In this document: one piece after another, positions 16,421 to 31,483 of the stretch
Layout of the letters: each line of letters begins with the position of its first letter
How positions within the stretch are numbered: the first letter of the stretch is position 1
From: the human T2T-CHM13v2.0 reference genome, Homo sapiens
Strand: one strand, 5' to 3'
Assembly: GCF_009914755.1 (NCBI RefSeq)
Contig: NC_060933.1
DNA: 64,000 nucleotides
Made by a program: the position numbers and the translations under genes
Notes under the pieces: generated by a model
The model's input: only the letters and a program-made list of their open reading frames with translations
Databases searched by the model: none
Told to the model about the DNA's origin: nothing

Positions 16421-17299
16421 TCAGATCCCCAAGGCATCAGAAGCAACTGATCAGCAAGGAGCCCGAGGGAGGTAAACCGGGCAACCACTTCAAATCAGCC
16501 TGTCCTGCCTACAGAAAACTGCCTTGTAAGGTTCTGAGATCCCTGCTGTACACACAGATACACACACACACACACAGTTTCTTTCTCCACCCTTTTCTCA
16601 GGGTCCTCTTGAGCTTCAGGACCACAGAGTTGCTGAGCCTACACTTCTACTGTCTCCAGCTTTTGGAATCTAGCCAAAGTGGCTGTCTATTCTCCCAGGG
16701 CCCTGGTCCCTCCTGCCCGCTTGTATTAAGCAACCAACTGTCGGACATTTTAATTTGGTGAATAAAAATCTCTTGACCCTGGAAGACTGTAAGTGAGATG
16801 AAACCTTGTTCTTTCTCTGCATTGTGGCTCTGCTGGGCACATCTGGCCACCTCTACAGCTCCAGCCCCGACCAGGAGGGTCATCAAGCTGATACCCCCAG
16901 GTAAGCAGGCAGGTCTGGATGCAGGACTCCCCAGGAGAACTTCCAGGGCTCCTGAGTGCCAGGTCCTGGCATGGGGTGGTTGTGGCATGCCAGGGTGAGA
17001 CTGAAAATAGTCTACACATCCTGAATGTTAATGTGCATTTTAATTATGTGAATTTTAAAAATAAAAAGATCAGTTTATGTGAGTAATTTGAAAAAAGATA
17101 AATCCTCCCCTCCTCAAGAAAGGTCAGGAACTTCCATCATGTCAAAGCAGGCAGAAGTGAGTAAAAACTATGTTTCTACCGCGTGGGAAGACAGAAACAA
17201 CCCTCTGCATCATGCCTTGAAACTGGCTTGAGTGAAGGAAAAATCTCACAAATGTGTTGCTCAAGTGTAACAGAGATCCAAGCCTTCTGGAGAGTGGGG

Positions 17300-17760
17300 A
17301 GCAAGGTCTGAAGGCAGATGCAGAATCCAATTTGGGATGAAGGAAGGGGAATTAGGGGAGATTTACCTCTTCAATGGCCAGGAGGTAATATGGAGCAAAT
17401 CAGACATATCACGGAAGGCTTCCTGCAGGAAGGACCACTTGTCTGGAACATGTGTGGGATTTAATGTGGTAAGCAAGGAGGCAAACGCTTAAGGAGGGGG
17501 GACAGCAAAAGCCCTGTGGCAGGAGGCAGCATGACAAGAATGAGCTTTCTGAAGGTGAGGAGGAGACAGCCGAGAGAGTATGGGTGTGACAAGGCAGAGA
17601 TGGCTGGAGCCAGGATACACAGGGCACTTAGGCCGTGCAAGAGTGTGGACTTCACCCCAGGAGCTGAGGAGCTATAGAGGGGCATTTTGAGAAGACTCCT
17701 TTGGCTACAGTGCGAGGCATGATTGGGAAGAGTGAAGTTGTGAACGATGCATGACTATTA
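17300..17760 (-). mobile_element. L2 fragments
   Basis: gaaggcttcctgcaggaagg ... ggctggagccaggatacacagggc ... ttttggctacagtg. Confidence 0.45.
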
Positions 17761-20159
17761 TGGAAATTAAAGAGAAAATTAGAAATGAGAAGGCCCCAGG
17801 TGCAACCCTGAGTAAAACCAGAGGCATCTGCAAAGTAGAGCAAAGGAGTAGCAGACAGGAGAATCAACAGATGATCTAGGGAAAAACAACTGCCCCAAAG
17901 CAGGATCCGTACTGGCAGAGCTGGCTGGGTGGTCACGATGGAGGAGAAGGGCAGTGGTGTAGGCACCGAGGACCTGGGCAGCGTTAGCAGGAGGTGCTCT
18001 GCTTGCAGTAATGGATTCAAGCTAAATGGGAGAGAGCTGAGGAGAAAGAGAGGAAATAGTACTTTTCTAGGAAGATGAGGAAAGATGGTAGCTGTGGGCA
18101 GGAGGAGGATGAAGTTGTCTAAGGAAATGTTGTGCTGTTGTTATTATTGTTTAAAACGAGATGATTTCCCTGTGCTTAAAACCCAATGCGTTTTCCACCT
18201 GAATATATTGCATTCACCACACTTACCTTCTCACACTCCTGAAACTCCACTCTAGCGGCAATAAATTTACCAGATTTGAAGGCCAAAGGGATGAAGAAAG
18301 CTGGGCCAGCGACATTAGGGAGAAAGACAGCAAGCGTTTGGGAGAGAAGTGGATGGAGGGGTGGAAACTGGCTTAGCAAAGTGGAAGAGGCTGCAACTCG
18401 GACTTGCCGAGGAGGGTGCTGACAGTGAGCTTGCTAGATTTTCCTCCAGAACCAAGAAAGGGAACAACATGGGCCCTGGGTATAAGAAACCTGACTCAGG
18501 AGCACAGGAAAGCAAATCCCTGGGTGCCTGAGCTGGAATCTCAGGATGAAGCTACGCAGAAGGCTCATTAATGATCATCTCCCCGTCTCCTCCTCCTCCT
18601 CCTTTTACTGCCACTGGGAAGCCTGAAGGGTTCACACCAGGAGAATTCTCTCCCATCAGCTTCCTGTCAAGCCCATTCCCATTTGGTCTACAATGCTGAT
18701 GTTTGCAAACCACATCAAATACGGCTGTCTCCTGGGAACCGGTAAATATTGTGGTTGGTTGGGATGGAAGTGCTGGGATGAGAGGAGGCTTGTTGGAAGA
18801 GGGTGTCGAGGGACAAAAAGAGGAAAGAAGCCTGTGTATTTTTGGTAGGGAAAGGACAGATGAAGAAAGGCTGTTTCCCAGGAGAATGTGTTACATTGAG
18901 CCATGTGAAATGACCACCTGCACCGCCATTTTTAATGATTAAAATGGAATTTTATACAGTCGCCTAATAAGAATTGTACTTAAGAAACATTGAAGCTCTT
19001 CTTTATAAATGCCCTCAGTCTTTCATAAACCCAGCACACAAGCCCATCAACACCATCCCCGCCTCCCTTCCCCACGACTTTCTTGTCTCTTGCTGTCCCA
19101 AACAAAAAGGGAAGAAACAAAATGACCAGAGTCCTTCAACTCCAGAAGTCTAAGACAGCTTCTGATCTTTGCTTTAGGACTGAAATCTCTAATTAGGAAA
19201 GCCCCCAGATGCAAGATCCTAGTTGTGGCTTTAGGATTTTGCAAAACCAGATAAAAAGCAGAGGTAAATGATAAACCCAGAAAAACGCCTACCTGCAGGG
19301 CCTAACCTGTTGTCTGAAGCCCCAAAGGTAATTCAGAATCGTCTATAATCACCTGAAAATAGATGCCACCGTGCTAGAAAAAATCATCTGTAATTCATAA
19401 GGAATACAGTTAATTCCATTCAATAAAAGTTGTGGGGACTGCGGGATGTACCAGGGCTTCAATGACTATAATGGGCACATAGGCATTTAAGGATAAATAA
19501 AAGGGAAAAAAGGAAGAAAAAATTTTGTAGCATTATGATTTTAAGTTTAGATGCTCAGGCTAACCAAGAGGAGATAAGTGGATAAATTCAGGAAAAATAA
19601 AGTCTACAGCTGGGAGCCATGTGGTCATCTAAAAGTCAGAGTTAAGGGCAATGAGCCACTTGAGAAATGGCAAGAAGTGCTGGTGCCAAGCTCAGTTCCA
19701 TGAAGCAGGAAATGGCCAAGCCGGCCACCAGCCCTGAGCATGTCTCTCTGGATACAGAGAGCCTGCAGCCCCTAGCCTTCCTCCAGCTTACCCAAGGGAT
19801 CCTGGGATTTGTGGCTCAAGGTTTTGGAGTTCTATGTGCTGTATTTGCATTGTCTGGAAAGAGAATAGTTTAGAAAAAAGCCATTCCTCATTGAGACCGC
19901 AGGCTCCAGGAACAGCAACATGATTCCAAACCAAGTCCATGGTATTTCTATGTGCAGTTTCCTGCCACCCCACTTGCCTAATGAGAAGATAACCCAGTTC
20001 CTTCTCATGGAGGGGTCTACTCTTCAATACTTGGGTATGGTCTTTAGAACACATTTACCCTTTAAGTTGCCTAGTAGAACAGAGGGACATCTCTTGTTAA
20101 ATTTTTCACACCCACAGACACAAAAGTGGGTTTTCTGATTTTTAATTATTTAAATGTTT

Positions 20160-23100
20160 AATTTTTTATTTAGAAAGAATTGTAGAATCACAGGAATTTG
20201 CAAGTATAAGTAAAGATAGTACAGAGAGTTCCATGTACCCTTCACCCAGTTCCTCCAATGGTTACACCTTACATAATTGTAATATCAATACCAGGAAATT
20301 GACATTGCACAGCATGTTGTGTGTATGTGTGTGATGTGTGTAGTTCTGTGCCATTTATCACATGTATAGATTCATGTCACCATTACTGCAATCAAGTTAC
20401 AGAACGAGTTCATTGCCCAAAGATCTCCCTAGTCTCCTTTATGTTTACACCCATTTCTCTCTCGCCACCAGCCCCTCAGTCCTGGCCCCTGGCAACCACT
20501 CATCTGTTTCCCATCTCCATGTATATTATGTAAGTGAAATTTTTCCTGGACCAAACTGAGCAGGGTGGGGGGTGGGGGTGGGGGTGGGCTGCTATTTCTT
20601 GTGGCCCAATAACTAGATGCAGATGAACTGGGGAGGAAGAGAGTTTTTATTTCTATAACCAGTTACAGGGAGAAGGCCTGTAAATTATCACCAGACCAAG
20701 TCAAAATTACAAAGTTTTTCAGAGCTTATATTACCTTCTAAGCTATATATCTATGTGTAAGTGTGCATTCATCTAAAGGCTAAGTGATTAACTTATTTTA
20801 ATCTGTAACTAAGGTCTGAGTCCTGAAGACCTTCCTCTGGAGCCTCAGTAAATTTACTTAATCTAAATGGGTCCAGGTGCTGAGGTGATTACCCTTATTT
20901 TGTCTCCTGCTAAATCACGGAGGTTTGAGGAGTTCCTTCAGATCCCCAGTAAACTTGTTTGTGGAGGCCTGGGGAGTTTCTTCAGACCCACAATAAAACT
21001 TGTTTAATCCTAAATGGGCCCTGCTAAGAATTCCTTCATTATTTTGTCATGCTTTAAGGCCCAGGAAAAGCCTAGGCCAAACTCCTAATGGGCTTTTGTT
21101 ACATCCCAGCCTTTGTATAAGGGCATTGGTTTCTAATATTTAACTTAACCATTCAATCAGTACTGAAACAGTTGTCAGTGAGACCTGGCCTGCCACAAAA
21201 ATCACACAGATTTTGGGTTTTTTCACTCAGCATAATAGTCTTGAGATTCAATCAAGTTGTTGTATGTATCAACAGTGGATTCTTTTTATTGCTGAGTAAA
21301 ACTCCTTGGTAGATGGCCACCATCCATTTAGTGAATCACCTAATGAGCATATTTTGGCTGTTTCCAGGTTTTGACTATTACAAGTAAAGCTGCTATGGTC
21401 AATCATGTGCAGGTTTTCTGTCGACATTCCATAGAATTCCACAGGGATGAATTTATTTTTAATTCCACTGGGATGCATGCCCAGGAGAGCAGTTGCTGGG
21501 TTGTTTGGTATTGTATGTTTAATTTTTTAATAAACTGCCCAATTCTTTTCCAAAGTGGCTGTACCATGTTACATTCCTGCTAGAGTGATCCAGTTTCTCC
21601 ACATCATTACAAACATTTGGCATTGGCAGTATCTTTTGTTCTAGCTGTTCTCATAGATCTGTAGTGAAATTTCATCATGACCTTATTTGCATTTCCCTAA
21701 TGGCTGGTCATGTGCCTTTATCCATGTGTCTTCTTTATATCTTTAGCCCATATTCTATTTGAATTGTTTGATTTTCTTACTGTCAAGTTTTTAATATATT
21801 CTTTACAAATTCTAGTTACGAGCCCTTTTGTCAGATCTGCAGTTTTCAAATGTTTTCTTCCAGTCTATAGCTTGTCTTTCCACCCTCTTCATGGTGTCTT
21901 TTGCAGGGCTAGGTTTCATTTTAATGAGGTCCTCTTTGTTGATGTTTTTCTTTTATAGATCACACCTTGCTATCATTTTAAATTACTTTTCACCAAGCCG
22001 TAGGTCCCGAAGATATTCTCTTATGTTATCTTGTAAAAGTTTTATTTAAATGTAAAGGGGTATTTCATTTAAATATAAAAGCTTCATTTAAATGTAAAGG
22101 GGGTATAAACCCTTTACATTTTAATCTGTGATCCACTTTGAGTTAGCTTTTGTATTAAGCGTAAGGTTTAGGTCAAGGTACATTTTTTTGCTTTTGGATA
22201 TCCAACTGACCCAGCACTATTTGTTGACAAGACTATCATTCTTTCATTGGACTGCTTTGCACCTCTGTCAAAAATCTGTTGACCACACCTGTGTGGGGCT
22301 ATTTCTGGGCTCTCTATTCTGTTCTATTGATAAATGTGTCTCTCCCTCTACCAGTAGCACAGAGTCTTGAGTAATGTACCTACGTATTAAGTATCGGAGT
22401 CTGATAAACTGATAGGTCTGATTATATTTTTTATCTTCAGAATTGTTTTAGCCATTCTAGTTCCTTTGCTTTCCTATATAGATTTTAGAATAATCTTATT
22501 TATGTTCACAAAAAATCTTACTGAAATTGTGATAGTAATCGTGATAAGCCTGTTTACCAATTTGGAAGAATTGACACCTTTATTATGTTGAGTATTCCAA
22601 TCCATGAACATGGTATGTCTGTCTTTATTTTTATTTTTGATTTTTCTTTTCAGCTTTGTCTTTTTCAGCATACAAATCCTGTAAGTGTTTTGTTGGATTT
22701 ACACCTGATAATTTTATTTTGTGTTACTGATTGTATGAGATATTGTATTTTTAATTTCAGTTTCCATATGTTCATTGTGAGTATATAAAAATACCATTGG
22801 GTTGGTCTTATATCTTGCAACTTTGCTTATTAGTTCTAGGAGGTTTTTATTCATGTGCTTGTTTTGCCTTGTGTTATTTTGTTTTGTTTTTGTAGATGCC
22901 TTGAGATTTTTCATGCAGATTATCATGTCATCTGCAATAGGGACACTTTGTATCTTTCTTTTAGATCTACATGCCTTCATTTTCTTTTATTTTCTTATTG
23001 TGCTGGCTAGAACTTCCAGTGCTATGTTGAATAGAAGTAGAGAGAGGGGACATCTTGTTTTTTTCCCAGATCTCAAAGGAATGCATTCAGTCTTTCACCA

Positions 23101-24100
23101 TTAACTATGATGATAGCTGTTGCTTTTTGCAGATGCTGTTTATCACATTGAGGAAGGTCCTTTCTATTTCTAATTTCCTGAGAGTTTTATCATAAATGGG
23201 CCTTGAATTTTGTCAAATTTTTTTGTATAAATTGATATAATCACATAATTTTTCTCATTAAGCCTATTAGTATTGTAGACTATAGGGCTTGATTTTTAAA
23301 ATTTTAACCCAGCCTTTTATCTTTGGAATAAACCCAACTTGATCATAGTACATAATTATTTTTGTATATTGTAGAATTATATTTGCTGTATTTTCTTAAG
23401 AATGTTTGTGTCTATATTTTTGAGGAATACTGGTCTGTATCATGTTTTGGTACTGTCTTTGGTTTTGGAGTAAGTATCCTACTTACCTCATAAAATGAGT
23501 TAGGAAGCATCTCTACTTATTCTGTTTTCTGGATGAGATTGTGTAGAATGGTTATGAAATTTTTTATATGTTTGGTAGCCTTTTTTAGTGACACAATTTG
23601 GGCCTTGAGTTTCTTTTATGAGAGTTTATAAATTCTATTTTCTTAATAGTTAATAGGGCTATTCAAATTGCTTATTTCATATTGCGAGAACTGTGGTAGC
23701 TGTGCTTTTCAATGAATTGGTTCATTTCATCTACGTCATAAAATGTATGTGTGTTGAATTGTTTACTGTATTCCTTTAGTATCCTTCTGATGTCTGTGGG
23801 GTGTGTAGCGATAGCCTCTGTTCACTCCTTATATTGGTAATCTCTGCCTTCTCTCTCTCTCTTTTTTTGTCAGTCTTGCTAGAATGTGCCAATTTATTGA
23901 TCTTTTCAAAGATGTACCTTTTGTTTCGTTGATTTTTTTCTGTTTTAATTTAATTTCTGCTTTTATCTTTCTTGTGTCCTTCCCTGCTTGCTTGACATCC
24001 ATTTTGCTAGCTTTTTCTAGTTTCTTGAGGTGAGAGCTTAGATTATGGAGACATGTTCTCTCTTAAACCTCAGATTTAGTTTTTTTTTTTTTAATTAAGT
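20160..24100 (-). mobile_element. Old L1 (L1MC/MD-like) 3' portion, interrupted by an LTR
   Basis: T-rich antisense ORF2 and 3' UTR sequence (e.g. atcatgtcatctgcaatag, gctagaacttccagtgctatgttgaatag); 3' end gtacagagagttccatgtacccttcacccag. Confidence 0.85.
20529..21196 (-). mobile_element. ERV1 solo LTR (MER51-like) nested in L1
   Basis: ggaccaaactgag...gctgctatttcttgtggcccaataactagatgcagatgaactggg... ending tggcctgccaca. Confidence 0.7.
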
Positions 24101-24699
24101 GGTAAGGTTTTGCATGGTTTCAATTCAACTAATATGGAAAAAAAACTTTTCACTCATGTGTATATTGTGTAAAGTTGTAGAATCCTACTATTCTTTTAAA
24201 TGCCCCAATATTTAACATTGTACTGATCGCTAGAGTGTACCATTTTCAGATAAGGACAAACCCAAAGGTTAAATAGTTTCTTTATTAACCAAGAGTTATG
24301 GTGAAAGCAAGACAAGAAGCAAGCCCTCTCCCCTCTCCCCACCCCCACACTGCTCTTCCCACGGCAGCATCCAGCCTGTAATGGCTGTCCTCAAGGTCTG
24401 CAGCTGGGGCTGTCCAAAAGGAATCTGGGTGGGCTCCATCCAGTCTCACCCAAACCAGCCCATGGTACTCCAGATTTGAGAGTAGATGTGGGGAGTGGCA
24501 AGACTGAGGGTCTGTGATGGCATCTGTCCTCCCCACTCTGTCCTTGGGCTCCAGCCAGACCCCCTGGCTCTCTGCAGGCACCCTGGGTGGTGGTCATCCA
24601 CAAAAAAAGTCAGCCCAGTGTCTTTCAGGAGTTGCAACCTCCAAAGGGTTAAAATGCATCAACAAACTTCAACTGGACAAGGCACCCCAGCCATCTTTA

Positions 24700-24905
24700 C
24701 AGTATCCAGGGTCAATTCAGAGCTCTGCCACCTACCAGCCATGTGACTCTGAGCAAATGTACAAAGTTTCTCTGTACCTTGGTTTTCTCATCGAACAATG
24801 GGATGATATTGGTATTGGTCTCACAGGGTTGCTATGAGGAGTAAGTTTGTCTCTGTGTATAGAGCTCTCTGAACAGTGCCCAGCATGGCATAAGCACTAG
24901 ATCAG
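24700..24905 (+). mobile_element. MIR
   Basis: ctctgccacctaccagccatgtgactctgagcaa...ctctgtaccttggttttctcatc core. Confidence 0.75.
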
Positions 24906-27028
24906 CAGTACTGGCTGGCATTTGCCCTTATTGCCCCATCAAAACTCCTTCAGTCCTCTCTGCTTAAAATCCACTGGCTTTGATGTCAGAAGAATAAGGA
25001 AATTGGCAATTACCCTTTATATTCATTTCCACCCTCTCTCTCCATTCCTACCATAAAGTAAACCTTTTGGTAGCCAAGAAGAAGAAAAGTTATTCCACAA
25101 CATTGTCGACACTTGTTCAAAGAGCCAGGGGCAGGGGAGGAATACGCCGAACCAGTCTATGCAGAATGCAAACAGGTTTGTGCATAACCACCCCATCCAC
25201 TGCATGCCATTGAATGAACGATTCAAACACAACTGGGCACTTTTGTTGACTTACAGTTTACAGTGTGTATAAACAGTTTGTAAGTGAAGAGCACTCCTCC
25301 AGCAAGCCAGCCCCCACCACACCCCCTAGGTGTGGTATCCACAAAGACAAGAAAGTTTTTTGGACTAATTTGACTCAGAGCATCAAGACTGCTAAAGATG
25401 GCACTGCCCGTTTGTGGAATTCAGATGCAGGCTTCACTATGAGTCTCCAGTAAGCCTCAGTCAAAACAGTAGAGAGGGAATCAAGAGTGCCTCCCCCAGC
25501 AGTGTGTCTTCTAACCTTTCTCCTGGCTCTCAGAATGTACAGGCTCTTAACAAAAACACATGTGCAAGAACATATTAGACCCTCATCACCTCTGCCAGCT
25601 GAGTTCTTATTTCCCTGTCTGCTCCCACTGCATCTGAAAACCCTACATCCTGCCCAGTGTAAGTCCGATTCCTCATGCCAGAATAATTTGTTAATTTTTT
25701 TCCAGATCCTAAAGTGATGCTTCAGGTAGCAAACTCTGAGTTTGATGTATGTTCTCCGAGAATGCACTGTAGATAACAATGCTCAATTCATAGTGATAGG
25801 GCATCTCTGAGCAAATGTCTCCTGCCAGCTGTTTGCTGCAATAATTTGGATATTTGCTCCTGTGCCTTTCACGTTGTGGTTAAACAGCATGTTTACCATC
25901 AATATCACTGGCAAGAGGTTGGGAACAGAATGGAGAGAGGAGACAGGGTGTGGTTCTATAAGAATCAATGGCTCTCCTCCTTATGGGTTGTGTAGACTTG
26001 AATGAGGTCCCCTCTCCAAGCCTTTATTTACTCATTGCTGCAATGACAGCAACCTCTCTGCTTCATAAAAGGGTATATGAAGCAACCCTAGCATGGTCTC
26101 CAATAAGCTCAGTGGGCATTCCTTCTCTGTCCCCACCATATCCATATGGCCTTTCTACAACTATTTCTATGTTTAAAAGAGCTAAACCTGCCTGTTATCC
26201 CATTTATTATAATTCTTTCATTTCGTATGTCTAACTGCACTTGAGTCCTCACAATTCAGATGGATAGAGTGAAGGCTTTTCAGACCCTCAACTGATTAGG
26301 TGAGGCCCACCCACACTCAATGGGGCCACCTGCTTTCATCACATGGATATGCTGAAGACAGATTGTTGAAATATTCTTTGTTTTTAATTTAAACTTGTTT
26401 CATCATACTGGTTCTTTTGAGGTGATTTTCATCTCACTTTCAGGTCGTTTGAGAGTTTCATCTTACTATATAATGGTTGAAAAAGGAAAGGAAGTCATCA
26501 CTTGCCCAAGGTGGTGGTGAATTCCCATTCTGTTACCAGCCAAGGGAAGGGATTAGGGGAAAATATTTCACCCAGAAAAGTGCTGTGTTGTTTGAGTTCG
26601 CCTTTTGGTTATTAAGGGTACTAATATATTTTTCATCAACAATGACTTAAGGCCCCTAGAAGTTCATGAACCTGGTGTGGGTGTGTGTTTCCCACTCAGA
26701 TGTGCTGTGTAACTTGCACCTGAGGGTAACACGAACTCTCCGTGGGCAAGATGTAACCAGGGAAAGAAAGGAGAAGGCAGAGCTCAGAGCAAGCAGAAAG
26801 CCAAGCAGGAGACCAAAAGAGGCCTCAGAGGCCATGTTTGCATCTTCCACAGAGGGACAGACACATTCTCTGCCTCTCCAGTAAACACAAACATGCAAAC
26901 ATGCACACACAGAGACATGCACACACACGGACCATACACACCACACCACACACACACACACACAACTACTTATGTTTCTGAATATTACAAACATCATTAC
27001 AAAATATGAAATGTACAAAGAACAATTC

Positions 27029-27378
<350 letters not shown>

Positions 27379-27767
27379 TTAAGGGCTTAATGATGGGACA
27401 CAGTGATGTAACCACTGTGGAGCCACAATTGAAGTGCTGAGATTCAGCATTGGAAGACATCTCTGTCACCAAATGAACACGCCTCCCTAAAGAGCTCTGG
27501 CAGTGAGTCAAAGGCTTCATTTGGGTCAAGACAGAGTTATTATACAAAAAGCCAAGTTTCATTCTACAAATCCACATCGGGGTCAATATTTTAAAGTGAT
27601 TTCCCCCAAGTTCTGTGTAGAGCAAGCTGACAGAGAAGAAATGGCTCTGAGATATCTGGCAAGGTGCAGATGGACTGACCACAAGCCGCTTATCCCCACT
27701 GTAGCTCCGGGCTCCCTTCTACCACAGTGGCCATATCTGTGAGGTTCTGCCCTTTCCCTGGGGCCAC

Positions 27768-28178
27768 TGCATCAGTCAGGGCTCTCCAGAGAAACGGAAT
27801 CCACAGGAGGTATACCTATAGCATACACAAAGGCTTTATTATAAGGAATTGGCCCATGCAATTATGGAAGCTGACACATCCAATGTCTATAGGTCCAAGG
27901 TCCCAGTTCCAGTCCTAAGAGTATTCTCCTAGTTAGAGACTTCTCTCTAACTAGGGAGAGTGTTGGCTTTTTGTCTTCAATAACAGTCTACTCAGGCCCT
28001 CAACTAATTGGGTGAGGCTCACCCACACTAGGAAGGGCCATCTGCTCTCCTCAGTCTACTGACTCACTTGTCAATCTCATCCAGAAACCCCCTCACAGAC
28101 ACATTCAGAATAATGTTTGACCACATATCTGGGCACCCCATGCCCCAGTCAAGTTCACACATACAATTAACCATCATA
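27768..28178. mobile_element. ERVL solo LTR (MLT2-like)
   Basis: tgcatcagtcagggctctccagagaaacgga ... aattaaccatcata termini. Confidence 0.75.
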
Positions 28179-28864
28179 ACTATCTGTTAGACCCCACCTT
28201 GCAGGGGGCAGTCCTCCTCTGGAAACCTTCAGGACTTGAAGTGTCAAGCTCATGTGTGCAAACTGTGACCAACACACATTTTCCTGAGAAGAGGCCTCAG
28301 ACAAACAAAAAAATATCATGCATGCACATTTACTCAGATAATGACTGTCTGTTGCAGCCTTTATGCTAAACAGAGCTAAGAGTAGAGATAGTGCAGATTA
28401 ACTCAGACCCAGAAACTTGGGGAGGCACCCTGGGATCCTGGAAGCAGATGCTGGGAGGGCAGAGGGGACCGAGAAAGGAGGTGCATTTACTCAGCTCTTC
28501 TGAGACAATTCTGCTCTCCTGCGGTGCACTCGTTCTGCTGGAGAAAGGGCTCACTTTGAGTTTGAATCTTAAAACTGCATGTCCTTTAACCACACTGTAC
28601 CTGCTCACCAGGCTGTGGACACTAAATTGTTGGGAAAGTGAATATATTTCATTTTTTTAATTAAAAAAGCATGTAAGGTTATATTACATAATTGTGATAT
28701 ATAATACATTTATTCAAATCATATTTAAGTTTGGGGCCACATGATTTTCAAAAGTATACAGATATAACTCATAGTATCTTTCAATTTTATTCCCATAAGC
28801 CTAGATTTGATTTAAAGTCTAAGCGCAAAGGTAGAGAAATTTTTTAGTTGTTTAGTACCTGCCA

Positions 28865-29800
28865 TTTTATTTTTCTCCAACTTTTTATTATGGAAAAAGT
28901 TCAAAGATACAAAGAAGGAGAACAGATTGTACAACCCCTTCCCTAAATCCACCACGTAGAACCAATAATCACCAACCTTTTGTCATATCAGCTTATGTGC
29001 ACGTACTGTGCTGAACAATTTAAAATAAGTTTTAGACATGAAGACATTTTACCCTTTAATACTTCAGCAGCACCTCCTAAAATTAAAGCCATTCTCCTAA
29101 ACAAACATTATGCCATTATCACACCTAAAAACATTAACAATAATTCTATACTATCAGTCAATATCCCCTCCAATTTGTAATTTCCTCCAAAATGTTTTTG
29201 TGTGCGTGTGTGTGTGCTGATTTGTCCAGCTGGGAGTCAATCCGGATTTGTACTTATTGTTATACTTCTTCTTTTCAGCTGTTCTTATACCAGAAGAATC
29301 CTTCACCCCTTTTTCTTGACATTGATTTTTTTTGGAAGAGCTCAGGACTGCAGAATGCCCACACTCTGGTAGTCCAGTTTTTCCCATGGTGTCATTTAAC
29401 TCATGGCTCAAACTCTTCCATTTCCTGTAAACTTGCAGTAAAGTCTAGAGGCTTTGCAATTGATTCAATTGAAGCATCTTTGGCAAGCACACAGCAACAA
29501 TGATGTTGTGTGTTTCTTTTGCATCACATAATGCCAGGTTGAGCCAGTATTAGTGACACTGAGTTTGATCTTTCTGTAAGGTACAGCCAGATGTCTCCAT
29601 AAAAAAATGGAAAATGGAAAACCTTTTTCTTTTTTTTTTCCAATTAGCACCCGTTCGCCTGCACACTTTCACCTAAGGGTTTGACACCCACTAGTGCACA
29701 CTGCCTGATTTAATTATTTCATTAAGGGTTACAGAATGGGGATTTCCTCATTCTCGCATTTCTACGTTTATGAGCTGGCATTCTTCTGTTAAACTGCTTT
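28865..29800 (-). mobile_element. Ancient L1 (L1ME-like) 3' fragments
   Basis: tttttattatggaaaaagttcaaagatacaaag; ccctttaatacttcagca; attatcacacctaaaaacattaacaataattc. Confidence 0.55.
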
Positions 29801-31483
29801 CACTTGTGAAACAGGATGCAGAGGAGGAGACTTATTCAACAGAATTGTAGGGAGGGCTGTTTCTCTCAAAAGGAGTGGTGAGAGAAGATGGTCTCTACCG
29901 GGGCATGGAGGGCTCCTTGTCAGAGTCTAGTGTCTGAGCTTTAAGGCCCAGGAAGAGGGCAGCAGATGGGGGTGGGGCAGTGGGTGAGTGAGAGGCCCGT
30001 GTGTGGGGAGACCCACTGAGGACAGGGATCGTTAGGGAAACGGAGCCTCACTGAAAGAGGAATTTCAGTGATGCCATGGGTCAGATCCTGGGTCTCTCTT
30101 AGGGAAACCTGCCATAAAGCATGAGAGCCACATTACTCCTCAGGCCTTCTGGGCTCCGATTCCGCAGACTAGTTTTGGAGGCATCACCACGCCTCAAGGT
30201 TGCTCTGTTATATCAGGGTAACTGACTTTCTCTAGGAACGGAGACTTGGGTGCCCCTTAAAACAACCCTCAGCCAGTATCCTAGCAGTAAATTTTTCATC
30301 ACGGGAAGCAACTAATTGAACAGAGGTGTGATGAACCTACTGACCACTTTGGTAATATAGACACAGTGGCCACAGTATGCTGTATTGTTATCCTGGTTGT
30401 GACCAATGCCAAAGGAGCATGTTTCCTTCTTTTCTTGACTTGATGCTGTAGGAGTCCAACAAAGGGAAGCACATTCAGGCCCACATGAAACTTGGGACAG
30501 AAGTGGCTTCTCAGAGCCGTGCACCAGGCACTTTGAACAAGTTGGAAGGCTACAGTGCCGGGAGACTCCACAGTAGCACAGGCGAAGTGGCTTAGGCGAA
30601 AACGCTGGGAAGTACCCCAGCTCCCGGGGGCCAGAGCCTCTAGGGCTGGCAGCCTCAGCAGGCAGAGTCACTTGCCTCCTTCAGCTCAATTGCTGAGGGC
30701 TTGCGTTTCTCTGCAGGGAACAGGAGTGCCGCCGACTTCCACTCTTGGTGCCCTTCACCGCTCAAACTGCACCCCAAATAAGCGTATGCACCCTGCTCCA
30801 AGAGAAGGATGCGCTGGGCTGATCCTCTGGAGGCAAGAGGGCAAAAGACAGAAAGTAACGAGCGGCCTTTGCACAAAGAATCCTCAACTCTCTGCAGCGG
30901 CCCCTGCGGCCCAATCCTGCCGGCCCAGGAATGCACGGTCGGATAACAGGCCTCTCCTTGCTTTTTCGTCTTCTTCCTCCCGCTTCTCTCCTCTCTCCTT
31001 TTCCTCCTCCTCCTTTTTCTTTAATTTTCTCCTTTCTCCCCAAGCTTCTACAGTTGTTTCTGTGTTCGCTCAATCATGGCCTTTGGCATTGATTGAAAAT
31101 TTGGCAGTTCCTTCTCTCGGAATTCTGTTTGAAGCCTTCATATGGATTTATTATTATTATTATTATTTTTGCCACACAAAAGGGGCAAATCCGCGTGAGG
31201 AAGGGGGTCGCATGGGGGTCGGCTGAGATCTGCTGGCTGCCGGTCTAGGAGGGGCGCTGCTCTGTGCCGGAGTGGGCTCTGGTGCACCAGCAGAGGCTGG
31301 GGGAGAGTGCTGCCCCCGCCTGGAGCCCAAGTCTCTGCGTGCCTGGGGGTAGAGCGCGGAGAGGGACCAGGCAGGCGCCGGAGGGGACCCGCGCGGAAAA
31401 GGAAGAAGCCCAAACAAAAACGCTGTCCGGCGCCAGGCGCCCACCTGCAAGCCCAAGCCGGTGCTCGGCCAGTTACAAAAGAA

